Assembly: GCA_046597055.1 (NCBI GenBank)
Contig: JBKJLC010000119.1
Location: 1 to 19,886, forward strand
Direction of reading: 5' to 3'
DNA from: Kofleriaceae bacterium
GTDB taxonomy: Bacteria > Myxococcota_A > Polyangia > Haliangiales > Haliangiaceae
DNA length: 19,886 nucleotides
In this document: positions 6,134 through 16,561 of the stretch, piece by piece
How positions within the stretch are numbered: the stretch's first letter is position 1
How the letters are laid out: each line of letters opens with the position of its first letter
Position numbers and translations under genes: made by a program
Notes under the pieces: generated by a model
What the model was told of the DNA's origin: nothing
The model's database searches: none
What the model saw: only the letters and a program-made list of their open reading frames with translations

Positions 6134-8566
6134 ATGGCCGCTGAGGTCTACTGCGAGGTCGCGGTCGCCCTCCCGGTGACCCAGATCTACACGTACGCGG
6201 TGCCGGCGGCGCTGGCCGCGCGGATCGTGCCGGGTGCCCGCGTGCTGGTGCCGTTCCGCGGCCGCGGCCTCGCCGGCATCGTCGTGCGCGCGCCGGCGCC
6301 GGCGCCGGGGGGCGACGTGAAGATCCTGCTGGTCAAGGACGTCACCGCCGACCCGGTCGCGCCCGAGCTGGTCGGGCTCGCGCTGTGGATCGCCGAGTAC
6401 TACGAGGCGCCGCCCGGCGAGGCGCTGCGCCTGGTGGTCCCGGTCGGCACCGACACCTCGAGCGCGATGATCGTCACGCTCACCGCGCGCGGCCGGGCCA
6501 CTCTCGACGGCGACGAGGCGCCAGCGCTGCCGCCGCGGCAGCAGCGCCTGCTGGCGCGGCTCGGCATGGCCGACGGTCCGGTGGCGCGGACCGAGCTCAC
6601 CCGCTGGAAGGACGACCTCGACGGGCTGTGCGCCGCGGGCCTGGCCGAGATCGCCGACGAGCGCGCCGCGCCGCGCAACCGGCTCGCGCGTGAGCGCGTG
6701 GCGAGCGTGGCCCCCGGCTTCGACCTGGCCACCGCCCAGACGCTGCTCGCGCGCGCGCCGAAGCGCCGCGCGGTGCTCGACCGGCTGCGGGCGGCCGGCG
6801 GCCCGGTCGCGGTCACGGTGCTGGCCGAGCAAGTGCCGGGCGCAGCCGCGGCGCTGCGCGAGCTGGTCGCCGCCGGCCTCGCGGTGGTCGAAGAGCGCGA
6901 GGTCGCGCTGTCGGCGCTCGAGGCGGGCGCCGAGCTGCCGGCGCAGCCGCCGATCCCGACCCTGACCGCCGAGCAAGCGGTCGCGGTCGGCGCGATCAAC
7001 GGCGCCGCCGGCAGCGGCTTCGCCGCGTTTCTGCTCCACGGCGTCACCGGCTCGGGCAAGACCGAGGTCTACCTGCGGGTGATCGCGCAGGCGCTCGACC
7101 GTGGCCAGGGCGCGATCGTGCTGGTGCCCGAGATCAGCCTGACCCCGCAGCTGGCCGCCCGCTTCCGCGGCCGCTTTGGCGACCAGGTCGCGGTCCTGCA
7201 CTCGGGCATGAGCGATCGCGACCGGCTCGGCGAGTGGCAGCGCCTGCACGACGGCCGCGCTCGCATCGCGCTGGGCGCGCGCTCGGCGGTGTTCGCGCCG
7301 GTCGCCGAGCTCGGCGTGATCGTCGTCGACGAGGAGCACGACGGCTCGTTCAAGCAGGACGAGGGCGTGCGCTACCACGGCCGGGACGTCGCGCTGGTGC
7401 GCGCGCAGCGAGCCAAGGCCGTGTGCGTGCTCGGCTCGGCGACGCCGAGCCTCGAGTCGTTCGCGGCCGCGGTGGCCGGGCGCTACCGCCTGCTGTCGAT
7501 GCCGACCCGTGCGACCGGCGCGCCGATGCCGACGGTGCAGATCGTCGATCTGCGCATCTGGATGCCCGACGCCGACGCGATGCTCTCGGCGCCGCTGGCC
7601 GCCGCGCTCGAGGAGACCGTCGCCGCCGGCGACCAGGCGATCCTCTTTCTCAACCGGCGCGGCTTCGCGACGTTCGTCGTGTGCCGCGCGTGCGGGCACG
7701 CGTTTCGCTGCCGCGACTGCGCGGTCTCGCTGACCTATCACCAGGCCGCCGATCGCCTGGTCTGCCACTACTGCGCCTTCACCGCGAAGGTCCCGGAGAC
7801 CTGCCCGGCATGCAAGAAGGTCGGCGCGATCGAGCGCAAGGGGCTCGGCACCGAGAAGGTCGCGCAGGCGATCGCGGCCCGGTTCCCGACCGCGCGGGTG
7901 GCACGGCTCGACCGCGACGTCGCCAGCGGGGCCGGGGCCGAGGCGGTGCTGGCGCGGGTGGCGCGCCGCGAGGTCGACATCCTGGTCGGCACCCAGATGG
8001 TCACCAAGGGCCACGACTTCCCGGGGGTCACCCTGGTCGGCGTGCTGTGTGCGGACCTCGCGCTGTCGCTGCCGGACTTCCGGGCCGCCGAGCGGACCTT
8101 CCAGCTGCTGACCCAGGTCGCCGGTCGCGCCGGCCGCGGCGCGCGCGCTGGCCGGGTGCTGATCCAGACCTACAAGCCCGAGGTCGACGCGGTCGCGTGC
8201 GCGGCCCGCCACGACTACCTGGCGTTCTTCGCCGCCGAGGACGAGGCCCGCGCCGACCTGGCGTACCCGCCGCATGGCCGGATGTGCGCCATCCGGATCG
8301 ACGGCGAGGACGACGCGGCGGTGGCGCGCGCGGCCGAGCACCTGGGCGCGCTCGCGGTCGCGCTGGCGCGCAAGGAGGGGGACACCGTGATCGTCCGAGG
8401 ACCGGCGCCGGCCCCGCTGGCGCGGCTGCGCGGGCGGACGCGCTGGCAGATCTGGCTGCGCGCGGCCGACCGGGTGCCGCTGCGGCGGGTTGTCCGTGGC
8501 CTGCTCGCCGCCGAGATCCGCGGCGCACGGGTGGCCGCGGACGTGGATCCGTTGGCCACGTTGTAA
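6134..8566 (+). CDS. priA: Primosomal protein N' (replication restart helicase)
   Basis: LHGVTGSGKTEVY, LVPEISLTPQ, DEEH, SATPSLES, LNRRG, four CxxC pairs, GTQMVTKGHDFP, QVAGRAGR, DVDP; start ATG 6134. Confidence 0.97.
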   Translation: MAAEVYCEVAVALPVTQIYTYAVPAALAARIVPGARVLVPFRGRGLAGIVVRAPAPAPGGDVKILLVKDVTADPVAPELVGLALWIAEYYEAPPGEALRLVVPVGTDTSSAMIVTLTARGRATLDGDEAPALPPRQQRLLARLGMADGPVARTELTRWKDDLDGLCAAGLAEIADERAAPRNRLARERVASVAPGFDLATAQTLLARAPKRRAVLDRLRAAGGPVAVTVLAEQVPGAAAALRELVAAGLAVVEEREVALSALEAGAELPAQPPIPTLTAEQAVAVGAINGAAGSGFAAFLLHGVTGSGKTEVYLRVIAQALDRGQGAIVLVPEISLTPQLAARFRGRFGDQVAVLHSGMSDRDRLGEWQRLHDGRARIALGARSAVFAPVAELGVIVVDEEHDGSFKQDEGVRYHGRDVALVRAQRAKAVCVLGSATPSLESFAAAVAGRYRLLSMPTRATGAPMPTVQIVDLRIWMPDADAMLSAPLAAALEETVAAGDQAILFLNRRGFATFVVCRACGHAFRCRDCAVSLTYHQAADRLVCHYCAFTAKVPETCPACKKVGAIERKGLGTEKVAQAIAARFPTARVARLDRDVASGAGAEAVLARVARREVDILVGTQMVTKGHDFPGVTLVGVLCADLALSLPDFRAAERTFQLLTQVAGRAGRGARAGRVLIQTYKPEVDAVACAARHDYLAFFAAEDEARADLAYPPHGRMCAIRIDGEDDAAVARAAEHLGALAVALARKEGDTVIVRGPAPAPLARLRGRTRWQIWLRAADRVPLRRVVRGLLAAEIRGARVAADVDPLATL

Positions 8567-8605
8567 TACCGTAGCGATTCCGCGGCTGTTGCCGCGAGTT
8601 TCGCC

Positions 8606-11600
8606 GTGCCTCCGCCCGCCCCGATCAAGATTCTCGTGGTCGCTGACCCCGGCGAGCAGCGCTCGCTGGTGGCGGCGCTGCGCCTCGGCGGCGAGCCGCT
8701 CGACGAGGCCGTGATCGTTCTCGGGGTCGGCGACGACGCGACGCTCGGTCAGTTCCTGGCGCTTCGGCCGACCGTGGTCCTGATCCGTTCGACGCTGGAG
8801 GACGGCGACGCGCGCGCGTTGATCGGCGCGATGCGTGAGTCGGCGCGCCAGGCGGGGCGCGGTCTGTTCGTCGTGCTGCTCGGGGACGATGTCCACGGGC
8901 CGGTGCGGAACGCGCTCGATGCGATCGACTTCGGGGTCGATCGATTCGTCGGCCGGCCGCTGGCGCCGAAGGCGCTGCGCTTTGCCGTGATGAGCGGGCT
9001 CGTGAGCGATGCGGCGAAGGCGGACACGGCGGCGCGGGGCGCGGTGGCGGTGGTGCCGGCAGCGCCGGCGGGGTCGGCGGCGCCGGTCGCACGGGCGGCG
9101 GTGGCGCAGGTGGCGCTGGTGGCGCGGGCGTCGGTGGCGGGCAAGGCGAACGGGGTGTCGGCGGCGGCGGTACCTGCGGCGGTGCCAGCGGCCGCGACGA
9201 CGGGCGCGACGCCGGGTGACGTTGGTGCAGGGCAGGTACGGTCGGTGGCGCCGGATGTCGAGGCGGCGGAGGAGTGGGCGAAGGCGGAGGAGTGGGCGAA
9301 GGCGGAGGGTGGGGCGGCTGCGGTGCCGGTGCCGGTGCCGGTGCCGGTGATGATGGGGGGGCCGGAAGCGCCGGTGGATGGGTCGGAGACGACCCCGATG
9401 CGGGTCGTGGATGGGCCGGTGAGCCCGGTGTCGGCGCGGTGGGCGCGGTGGGCGGCGCTGGCGGATGCGATCGAGACCGGAGCGGGTGACGACGCGAACG
9501 TGGACGTCACTGGCGGGGGCGGGACGGAGCGGGCGTCGGAGACGGAGCACGCGTCGGAGCCGGCGAGCGAGCAGGCGCAGGAGCGGGAGAGCGAGCAGGA
9601 GCGGGAGAGCGAGCGGGAGCGGGAGCGGGAGCGGGAGAGCGCGTCGGAGCAGGAGCGCGATCCGGCGCGGGAGCGCGAGCAGGAGCGGGAGAGCGCATCG
9701 GAGCAAGAGCGAAAGAATGCGTCGGAGCCGGAGCGCGCGTCGGAGCCGGAGCGCGCGCACGAGATGGCGGCAGAGGGCGCGCCGGTGATCGAGCGCGCAG
9801 CCGGGCCCGCCAGTACGCCGGGACGCGCGAGCGATCCGGAGATGGAGGCGGCGGCGGAGCGCCCGGTCGAGATCGAGCGCATGCCGGCGAGGCCGCCGGT
9901 GACGGAGACGGCGAGCGAGCGGGCGATGGCCAGCGCGCGGGCGCTGGTGAGCGCGCGGGCGTTGGCGGATCGGAACGACGATGAGTTCGACCCGGCCGAC
10001 GAGTGGGATCCCGACGACGACGATGACGACTGGGAGCGGCCGGCCGTGCCGGTGTCGGTGGCGGAAGAGGTCGACCTGACCGATCAGGAGATCGACGACC
10101 GGTCGGTCGACGGTCCGTTCGTCGTGACCCAGACGCCGCCGCCACCGTCGGGCTGGCGGCCCGGTTCGACCGAGGTGCCGCTGCCGATGCGGGAGCCGAC
10201 GCTGGTGCTGTCCGATCCGGCGGAGGGGGCGGCGCCGGCCAAGGTCGAGCTCACCGAGCGCGCGCATGGTGGCGCGGCGGCCTGGGGTGCGCGGTCGCAC
10301 GTGCCCGCGGCCGACTACGACGAGGACATGCTCGCCGACGTCGGCGCCGGGGTCGACGAGGACCTGTCGGTCGACATCACGCGCGAGCCGGCGCCGAGCG
10401 CCGCCACGGAGGCCAGCGCGCCGCCGGTCGGGGGCGACTTTGCGCGCGAGCTCCGCCGCAAGATGTCGCTGATGGCCGAGCGGCTGTTCCGCGGCGAGGT
10501 GCCGGGGCCGGTCGCGATCGGGCCCGGTCACGATCATCACACCGAGATCGATCTCGGTGGGCTGGTCGACGAGCCGCGGATCTCCGATGGCTACGACGGC
10601 GGCGGGGTCACGTTCGTCGGCAGCGGCAGCGGCGATCTCGCGTCGCGCACCCAGACCAGCGAGACCCGCGGCACCACCGAGTCGGGCGAGATCCAGCGCG
10701 GCGTGTCCGACGCGGCCGCGCTGATCGCCCGCATGTTCACCGCCGACTTCACCGGGCGCATCATCTTCCGCCGCGGTCCTACCGAGAAGGTGATCCACTT
10801 CGAGGGCGGCCGCCCGGTCTTCGCGTCGTCGAGCCTGAGCCACGACCGCATGGGCGAGTTGCTGCGGCGCGAGGGCAAGATCACGGCCGAGCAGCACGCG
10901 CGGTGTCGCGATCTGGTGCGCGACACCGGCCGCCGCATGGGCGAGATCCTGGTCGAGCGCGGCTTCATGAAGCGGCGCGAGCTCTTGCCCGCGGTCCGGC
11001 GCCACGTCGAGGACGTCATCTACTCGTTGTTCGCGTGGGAGCAGGGCGACTACCGGATCATCGCGGGCGACGGCGCCGTCGGCGAGCGCATCCGGTTGTC
11101 GCGCCACCCGGCCGCGATGGTGCTCGAGGGCGTGCGCCGCAAGCTCGACCTCGCCGTGCTCGAGCGCCTGCTGGGTCCGCCCGGCACCATCGTCGAGACC
11201 ACCGACCGCGACAAGCTGGCGGCGATCACCGGCGTCGCCGACCTGTCGAGCGAGGAGCGCGCGGCGCTGGCCGCGCTCGATGGTTCGACCGATCTGGCCG
11301 CGGTCGCGCGTCACAGCGGCGCCGGCCTGACCAACGTCTACCAGCTGGCGTGGAGTCTCCACCTGCTCGGGCTGGCGACCACCCGCCGCCGCCCCGGCGA
11401 GGACGACGGCGAGGCGCCCGCGCTGGTCGGCGAGTCCGACCTGGCGATCGATCGCGACCGAGTCCGGGCCCGCTATCAGCTGGTGAGCGACGCCGACTAC
11501 TTCGCGCTGCTCGGCGTGCGCCGCGACGCGACCGGATTCGAGATCAAGCGCGCCTACGAGTCGGCGCGGCGCGACTTCGCGGCCGAGACGTTCCCGTCCG

Positions 11601-11737
11601 AGCTGCGCAAGGAGCTGCACGCCGAGCTCGAGGAGATCGCCTTGGTCCTCGACGAGGGCTACCGGGTCCTGCGCGACGACCTCCTGCGCGGCAACTATCT
11701 CCTGCACCTGCGCGACTTCATCGAGGACGCGTCGTGA
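8606..11737 (+). CDS. Multidomain protein: pseudo-receiver, long low-complexity linker, DUF4388-like domain, C-terminal J-like domain
   Basis: N-terminal receiver fold (IKILVVAD...PTVVLIR...GVDRFVGRP); FTGRIIFRRGPTEKVIHFEGGRPVFASS...RMGELL...RMGEILV...LFAWEQGDY (DUF4388-like); DYFALLGVRRDATGFEIKRAY (J-domain helices). Confidence 0.8.
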   Translation: MPPPAPIKILVVADPGEQRSLVAALRLGGEPLDEAVIVLGVGDDATLGQFLALRPTVVLIRSTLEDGDARALIGAMRESARQAGRGLFVVLLGDDVHGPVRNALDAIDFGVDRFVGRPLAPKALRFAVMSGLVSDAAKADTAARGAVAVVPAAPAGSAAPVARAAVAQVALVARASVAGKANGVSAAAVPAAVPAAATTGATPGDVGAGQVRSVAPDVEAAEEWAKAEEWAKAEGGAAAVPVPVPVPVMMGGPEAPVDGSETTPMRVVDGPVSPVSARWARWAALADAIETGAGDDANVDVTGGGGTERASETEHASEPASEQAQERESEQERESERERERERESASEQERDPAREREQERESASEQERKNASEPERASEPERAHEMAAEGAPVIERAAGPASTPGRASDPEMEAAAERPVEIERMPARPPVTETASERAMASARALVSARALADRNDDEFDPADEWDPDDDDDDWERPAVPVSVAEEVDLTDQEIDDRSVDGPFVVTQTPPPPSGWRPGSTEVPLPMREPTLVLSDPAEGAAPAKVELTERAHGGAAAWGARSHVPAADYDEDMLADVGAGVDEDLSVDITREPAPSAATEASAPPVGGDFARELRRKMSLMAERLFRGEVPGPVAIGPGHDHHTEIDLGGLVDEPRISDGYDGGGVTFVGSGSGDLASRTQTSETRGTTESGEIQRGVSDAAALIARMFTADFTGRIIFRRGPTEKVIHFEGGRPVFASSSLSHDRMGELLRREGKITAEQHARCRDLVRDTGRRMGEILVERGFMKRRELLPAVRRHVEDVIYSLFAWEQGDYRIIAGDGAVGERIRLSRHPAAMVLEGVRRKLDLAVLERLLGPPGTIVETTDRDKLAAITGVADLSSEERAALAALDGSTDLAAVARHSGAGLTNVYQLAWSLHLLGLATTRRRPGEDDGEAPALVGESDLAIDRDRVRARYQLVSDADYFALLGVRRDATGFEIKRAYESARRDFAAETFPSELRKELHAELEEIALVLDEGYRVLRDDLLRGNYLLHLRDFIEDAS
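9265..9349 (+). repeat. In-frame coding tandem repeats: 18 bp x2.4 (AEEWAK) and 6 bp x4.8 (VP)
   Basis: GGCGGAGGAGTGGGCGAA at 9265 and 9283, partial at 9301; CGGTGC array at 9321-9349. Confidence 0.85.
9525..9765 (+). repeat. Coding Glu/Arg/Ser-rich microsatellite-like tract (ERESEQERERE, ASEPER)
   Basis: Repeated GAGCGG/GAGAGC/GAGCAG hexamers and two copies of GCGTCGGAGCCGGAGCGC. Confidence 0.8.
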
Positions 11738-11768
11738 CGGCCGCCGCCGGGCGGGGTACCTACTCGCC

Positions 11769-12736
<968 letters not shown>

Positions 12737-12740
<4 letters not shown>

Positions 12741-14071
12741 GCGAGGATCAGGCCCCGCCGCCACCGCCCGGCGCGCGCGAGGTCGCCCGCCGCGTGCTGG
12801 CCCGGGTCGCCAAGGGCGGCGCCTACGCCACCCTCGCCCTCGACGCCGAGCTGTCGCGCGCCGGCCTCGACGAGCGCGACCGCCGGCTGGCGACCGAGCT
12901 CACCTACGGCGCGCTTCGCAACCAGCTCCGGCTCGAGCGCGCGCTCGCTGCGCACGCCGACCTCGGCCGGGCCCCGGCGCCGGTCCGCCACGCCCTGGTG
13001 ATCGCCGCGTACCAGATCTTGATGATGCGCGTGCCCAACCACGCGTCGGTCGACGACGCGGTCGGCGCGGTCCGCGCCAGCCATGGCCCCAAGCTGGCCG
13101 GCTTCGTCAACGCGGTCCTGCGCAAGCTCACCACCGGCGGCGAGCCACCGCTGCCGACCGACCCGCGCGAGCGCGCCGCGGTCGAGCACTCGCTGCCGGC
13201 GTGGATCGTCGACGAGCTGGCCGCGCAGCTGCCGGAGGGCGAGTTGCTGGCCGCGGCTCGCGCGCTGTCGGCGCCAGCGCCGCTGTGGATCCGGGTCAAC
13301 CGCGCGCGCGCGACCGCCGCCGAGATCGCCGCCGAGCTGACCGCCGAGGGCGCCGAGGTCGAGGCCACCCCGCTGTCGCCGTGGGCGCTGGCGGTGCGCG
13401 GGCTCGGCAACCCGGCGCTCAGCCCGTCGTTCCAGGCCGGCCGGTGGACCGTGCAGGATCTCGGCGCCCAGCTGGTCGGCGAGCTGGCCACCCCGCTGCC
13501 GGGGCCGCGCGTGCTCGACGCCTGCGCCGGCGTCGGTGGCAAGACCACCCAGCTCGCCGAGGCCGCGGCCGCCGCCGGGCTCGCCCTCGAGCTCACCGCG
13601 CTCGACCGCTCGGGCAGCAAGCTCGAGCTGCTGGTCACCACCGCCCGCCGGCTCGGACTGTCCGGGATCCGGACGCTCGAGGTGCCGCTGGCCAGCGCGC
13701 CCGCCGATCTCTACGACCTCGTGATCGTCGACGCACCCTGCTCGGGCCTGGGCGTGCTGCGCCGTCACCCCGAGGCCAAGACCCGCATCACCGTCGCCGA
13801 CGTCACCGATCTGGCCGGGGTCCAGGCCCGGCTGCTCGACGCCGCGTTCGCCCGCCTCGCGGTCGGCGGCATCCTGATCTACGCCGTCTGCACCATCACC
13901 CGTGCCGAGGGCCCCGACCAGCTCGCCGCGCTCCTCGCCCGCCACCCCGGCCTGGTCGTCGAGCCATCCGCGCTGCCCGCCGAGCTCGTCACCGCCGACA
14001 CCCTGCGCACCTGGCCCCACCGCCACGGCGCCGACGGCTTCTTCGCGGTCCGCCTCCGCCGCGTCAGCTGA
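12737..14071 (+). CDS. rsmB: 16S rRNA m5C967 methyltransferase (NusB-like N-terminal domain)
   Basis: DRRLATELTYG, GFVNAVLR, HSLPAW, VQD, VLDACAGVGGKT, VDAPCSGLGVLRRHPE, YAVCT, DGFF; ATG 12737 overlaps the fmt stop (ATGA). Confidence 0.95.
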
Positions 14072-14107
14072 CGCCGGGCCCGGAGGTACGACCGCCCGAG
14101 GATCGCA

Positions 14108-14116
14108 TGGTAGCGT
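14108..14116 (+). promoter_or_regulatory. Putative extended -10 box for leaderless rpe
   Basis: TGG-TAGCGT, 6 nt, GTG(14123). Confidence 0.5.
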
Positions 14117-14122
14117 CCGCCG

Positions 14123-14794
14123 GTGATCGCCCGGCCCATTCGTATCGCGCCCTCGATCCTTTCCGCTGACTTCGCGCGACTCGGCGCGGAGGTGGAAGCC
14201 ATCGATCGCGGCGGTGCCGACTACATCCACGTCGACGTCATGGACGGTCACTTCGTGCCGAACCTGACGATCGGGCCGCTGGTCGTCGAGGCCATTCGCC
14301 GGACTACCCGCCGCCCCCTCGACGTGCACCTGATGATCGAGCACGCGGACCGCTGGGTTGGCGAGTACGCCCGCGCCGGCGCCGACCTCATCGGCGTGCA
14401 TGCCGAAGCGTGCCCGCACCTGCACCGGACGATCGGTGCGATCGCCGAGCTGGGCAAGCGACCGGCCGTGGTCCTCAACCCAAGCACGCCGCTCGAGTCG
14501 ATCCGCTGGGTGCTCCCCGACGTCGCGATGGTGCTGATCATGAGCGTGAATCCGGGCTTCGGCGGCCAGAAGTTCATTTCCAGCGCCCTGACCAAGGTCA
14601 CGGAGCTTCGGCGCTTGATCGAAGAGCGTGGCCTCGATGTCGACATCGAGGTCGACGGCGGCATCAAGCTGGACAACATCGCCGCCGTCGCGGCCGCTGG
14701 CGCGAACGTCTTCGTGTCCGGTTCGGGCATCTTCGGTACCCCCGACTACGCCGCGACCATCGCCGAGATGCGCCGACGGGCCACGGCGGCGTGA
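14123..14794 (+). CDS. rpe: Ribulose-phosphate 3-epimerase
   Basis: IAPSILSADF, HVDVMDGHFVPNLT, DVHLMI, MSVNPGFGGQKF, EVDGG. Confidence 0.98.
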   Translation: MIARPIRIAPSILSADFARLGAEVEAIDRGGADYIHVDVMDGHFVPNLTIGPLVVEAIRRTTRRPLDVHLMIEHADRWVGEYARAGADLIGVHAEACPHLHRTIGAIAELGKRPAVVLNPSTPLESIRWVLPDVAMVLIMSVNPGFGGQKFISSALTKVTELRRLIEERGLDVDIEVDGGIKLDNIAAVAAAGANVFVSGSGIFGTPDYAATIAEMRRRATAA

Positions 14795-14839
14795 CGGTCC
14801 GCCCGATGGCGTGACCCGGTGCCGCGACCCGGGGAAGGT

Positions 14840-16234
14840 TCACCCCGGACGAAACTGTTCGAGATCGAGACCCAGGCGGCGCAGCCAGCGGTGGATCTGC
14901 ATCCGACCCTTGCCCATCACCCTGGCCGTTGCGCTGACGTTGCCGGCGTGCTCCGTGAGCGCTGCGATTAGCTGTTCTCGAAGCCGGTGATCTTCGATGG
15001 ACAGCTCGGCGATGGTGGTGGCATCGCCCGGAGCCTCGACCCGAACGGTCGGGGGGAGGTGGGACGCGTCGATGGGGCCGCCCTGGGCCAGCGCCACCGC
15101 GGCCTCGAGCGCCATCGACAGCTCGCGAATGTTGAGCGGCCAGTGATGCCCGAGCAGCCGCCGTGCGGCGCTGGCCGTGATGGTCAAGTCTCGCGGCGCA
15201 CCCAACCGCTCGAGGATCGCGTTGATCAAGAGGCCGGTGTCGACCAACCGTTCGGACAGCGGCGGAAGCTCGAGTACGTAGCCGGCGAGCCGCGCCCACA
15301 GATCGCGGCGGAAGGTGCCCTTCTCGACGTGTGCCGGGAGGATCTGGTGGGTCGCGGCCACCACCCGTACATCGACCGGCACCGGCCGGGTGCCGCCCAC
15401 CGGTACCACCTCGCTCTCCTGGAGCACCCGCAACAGCGCGGTCTGGGCCGGCGCCGGAAGTTCGGCGATCTCGTCCAGAAACAACGTGCCGTCGTCGGCG
15501 GAACGCACGTATCCGGCGCCATCGTCGACGGCGCCGGTGTAGGCCCCCTTACGCCAGCCAAAGAGCTGCGCCTCGACGAGCGCGGCCGGCAATGCGCCGC
15601 AGTTCACCGCCACGAACGCGCCCGCGCGCGTCGCCAGCTCGTGAATGGCGCGTGCCGTGACCTCCTTGCCGGTGCCGGTATCACCTTGGATCACCACCGG
15701 CACACGCGCCGCTGCAATGATGGCAAGCGCGGCAAAGGCGCGCGCCAGCTCACCGGAGAAGGTTGCCAGCCCACGCGCCGGCGGCGCCAGCGACGAGGCG
15801 AGCAGGTCGGGCGCGCCGGGCACGGCGGTATCCGCGTCACGGAACAAGATAAACGTCTGACCCAGCTCGATGAGATCGCCGTCCCGGAGTGGCGCGCGCC
15901 GGACGACCGTTCCATTCACCCGGGTCCCATTCTTGGAGCCGGCATCATCGAGGATCCAGCGGCCTCGAAGCTGTGTGAGGCGCGCGTGCTCGGACGAGAG
16001 GGCCCGATCGGGCAACCGAAGCTCGAGCCGCCGAAGCCCGCCGGCGCTGCGCCGCCGGGCGTCGCGCTCTCCACGGCCGATGGTGACCAGGTCCGTATTG
16101 GCAACGACGTGACGCGAGGACGTTCCGCGCAGGTGCCCGGCCGCGATCAGCACGAAGAGCTGAGCTGCTTCGCCCGCTTCTCCCTCCCGCTCCGCGACGT
16201 CGGCCAGGGACATGGTCACGGTCGTCGACGCCAC
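14840..16234 (-). CDS. FHA-domain sigma54-dependent enhancer-binding protein (FHA-AAA+-HTH)
   Basis: FHA motifs TIGR, SSEHA, SKNGT; Walker A GDTGTGKE; GAYTGA; LFLDEI; LLRVLQE; WPLNIREL; C-terminal GNVSATAR HTH. GTG 16234 chosen as start from the TGC-TACGCT box 6 nt upstream; ATG 16213 is an alternative. Confidence 0.93.
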   Translation of the reverse strand: MASTTVTMSLADVAEREGEAGEAAQLFVLIAAGHLRGTSSRHVVANTDLVTIGRGERDARRRSAGGLRRLELRLPDRALSSEHARLTQLRGRWILDDAGSKNGTRVNGTVVRRAPLRDGDLIELGQTFILFRDADTAVPGAPDLLASSLAPPARGLATFSGELARAFAALAIIAAARVPVVIQGDTGTGKEVTARAIHELATRAGAFVAVNCGALPAALVEAQLFGWRKGAYTGAVDDGAGYVRSADDGTLFLDEIAELPAPAQTALLRVLQESEVVPVGGTRPVPVDVRVVAATHQILPAHVEKGTFRRDLWARLAGYVLELPPLSERLVDTGLLINAILERLGAPRDLTITASAARRLLGHHWPLNIRELSMALEAAVALAQGGPIDASHLPPTVRVEAPGDATTIAELSIEDHRLREQLIAALTEHAGNVSATARVMGKGRMQIHRWLRRLGLDLEQFRPG

Positions 16235-16240
16235 GGGGCC

Positions 16241-16249
16241 AGCGTAGCA
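16241..16249 (-). promoter_or_regulatory. Putative extended -10 box for the leaderless activator gene
   Basis: Minus strand TGC-TACGCT, 6 nt, GTG(16234). Confidence 0.5.
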
Positions 16250-16275
16250 GAGGCTCACGCGCGGTCAGGCTGGCC

Positions 16276-16319
16276 TGTAACACCGACCGTCACGCGGGCG
16301 GCAGGCGCAGGCCGTTACA
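16276..16319. promoter_or_regulatory. Candidate upstream activator (enhancer) half-sites
   Basis: TGTAAC (16276-16281) and its inverse GTTACA (16314-16319), with a related GTCAC between them, 60-105 bp upstream of the -24 box. Confidence 0.35.
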
Positions 16320-16379
16320 CTGCGTGGGCAGCGTGGCACGGACTGGCAATAATTCTGGCGGGTTCCACCCCGCGCCGAA

Positions 16380-16395
16380 CGGCACGTTCCCTGCT
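16380..16395 (+). promoter_or_regulatory. Sigma54 -24/-12 promoter facing the kinase genes
   Basis: CGGCACGTTCCCTGCT: GG(16381-82)-N10-GC(16393-94), close to the TGGCACG-N4-TTGCW consensus. Confidence 0.65.
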
Positions 16396-16561
16396 GAAGC
16401 ACCTGCTCGTGTTGGCGTTCGTTCCCACCGCTGCAGGCCGTGCAGGATCCGTTGCCCCGGTCGGGCGGCCGCCGGTTCAGATCGGTAGCGACGAACCCAC
16501 CCGGACCCGAACCCGAGTCAGCGAGGACACCGACGCGTCGGCGCCGCGCGCCGCGGGATCC

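Noticed and set aside
9265..9765. Repeats as a possible CRISPR array
   Set aside because: No unique spacers and no cas genes; the units are in-frame coding repeats.
14788..14815. GGCGTGAC direct repeat at the rpe 3' end as an att site
   Set aside because: Only 8 bp in GC-rich DNA, with no integrase nearby.
16334..16349. TGGCACGGACTGGCAA as a sigma54 promoter
   Set aside because: GG-to-GC spacing is 9 nt, not the required 10; the site at 16380-16395 fits.
14987..16400. N-terminal half of the 878-aa ORF (apparent giant kinase)
   Set aside because: Antisense to the FHA-sigma54 activator and upstream of the predicted sigma54 promoter.
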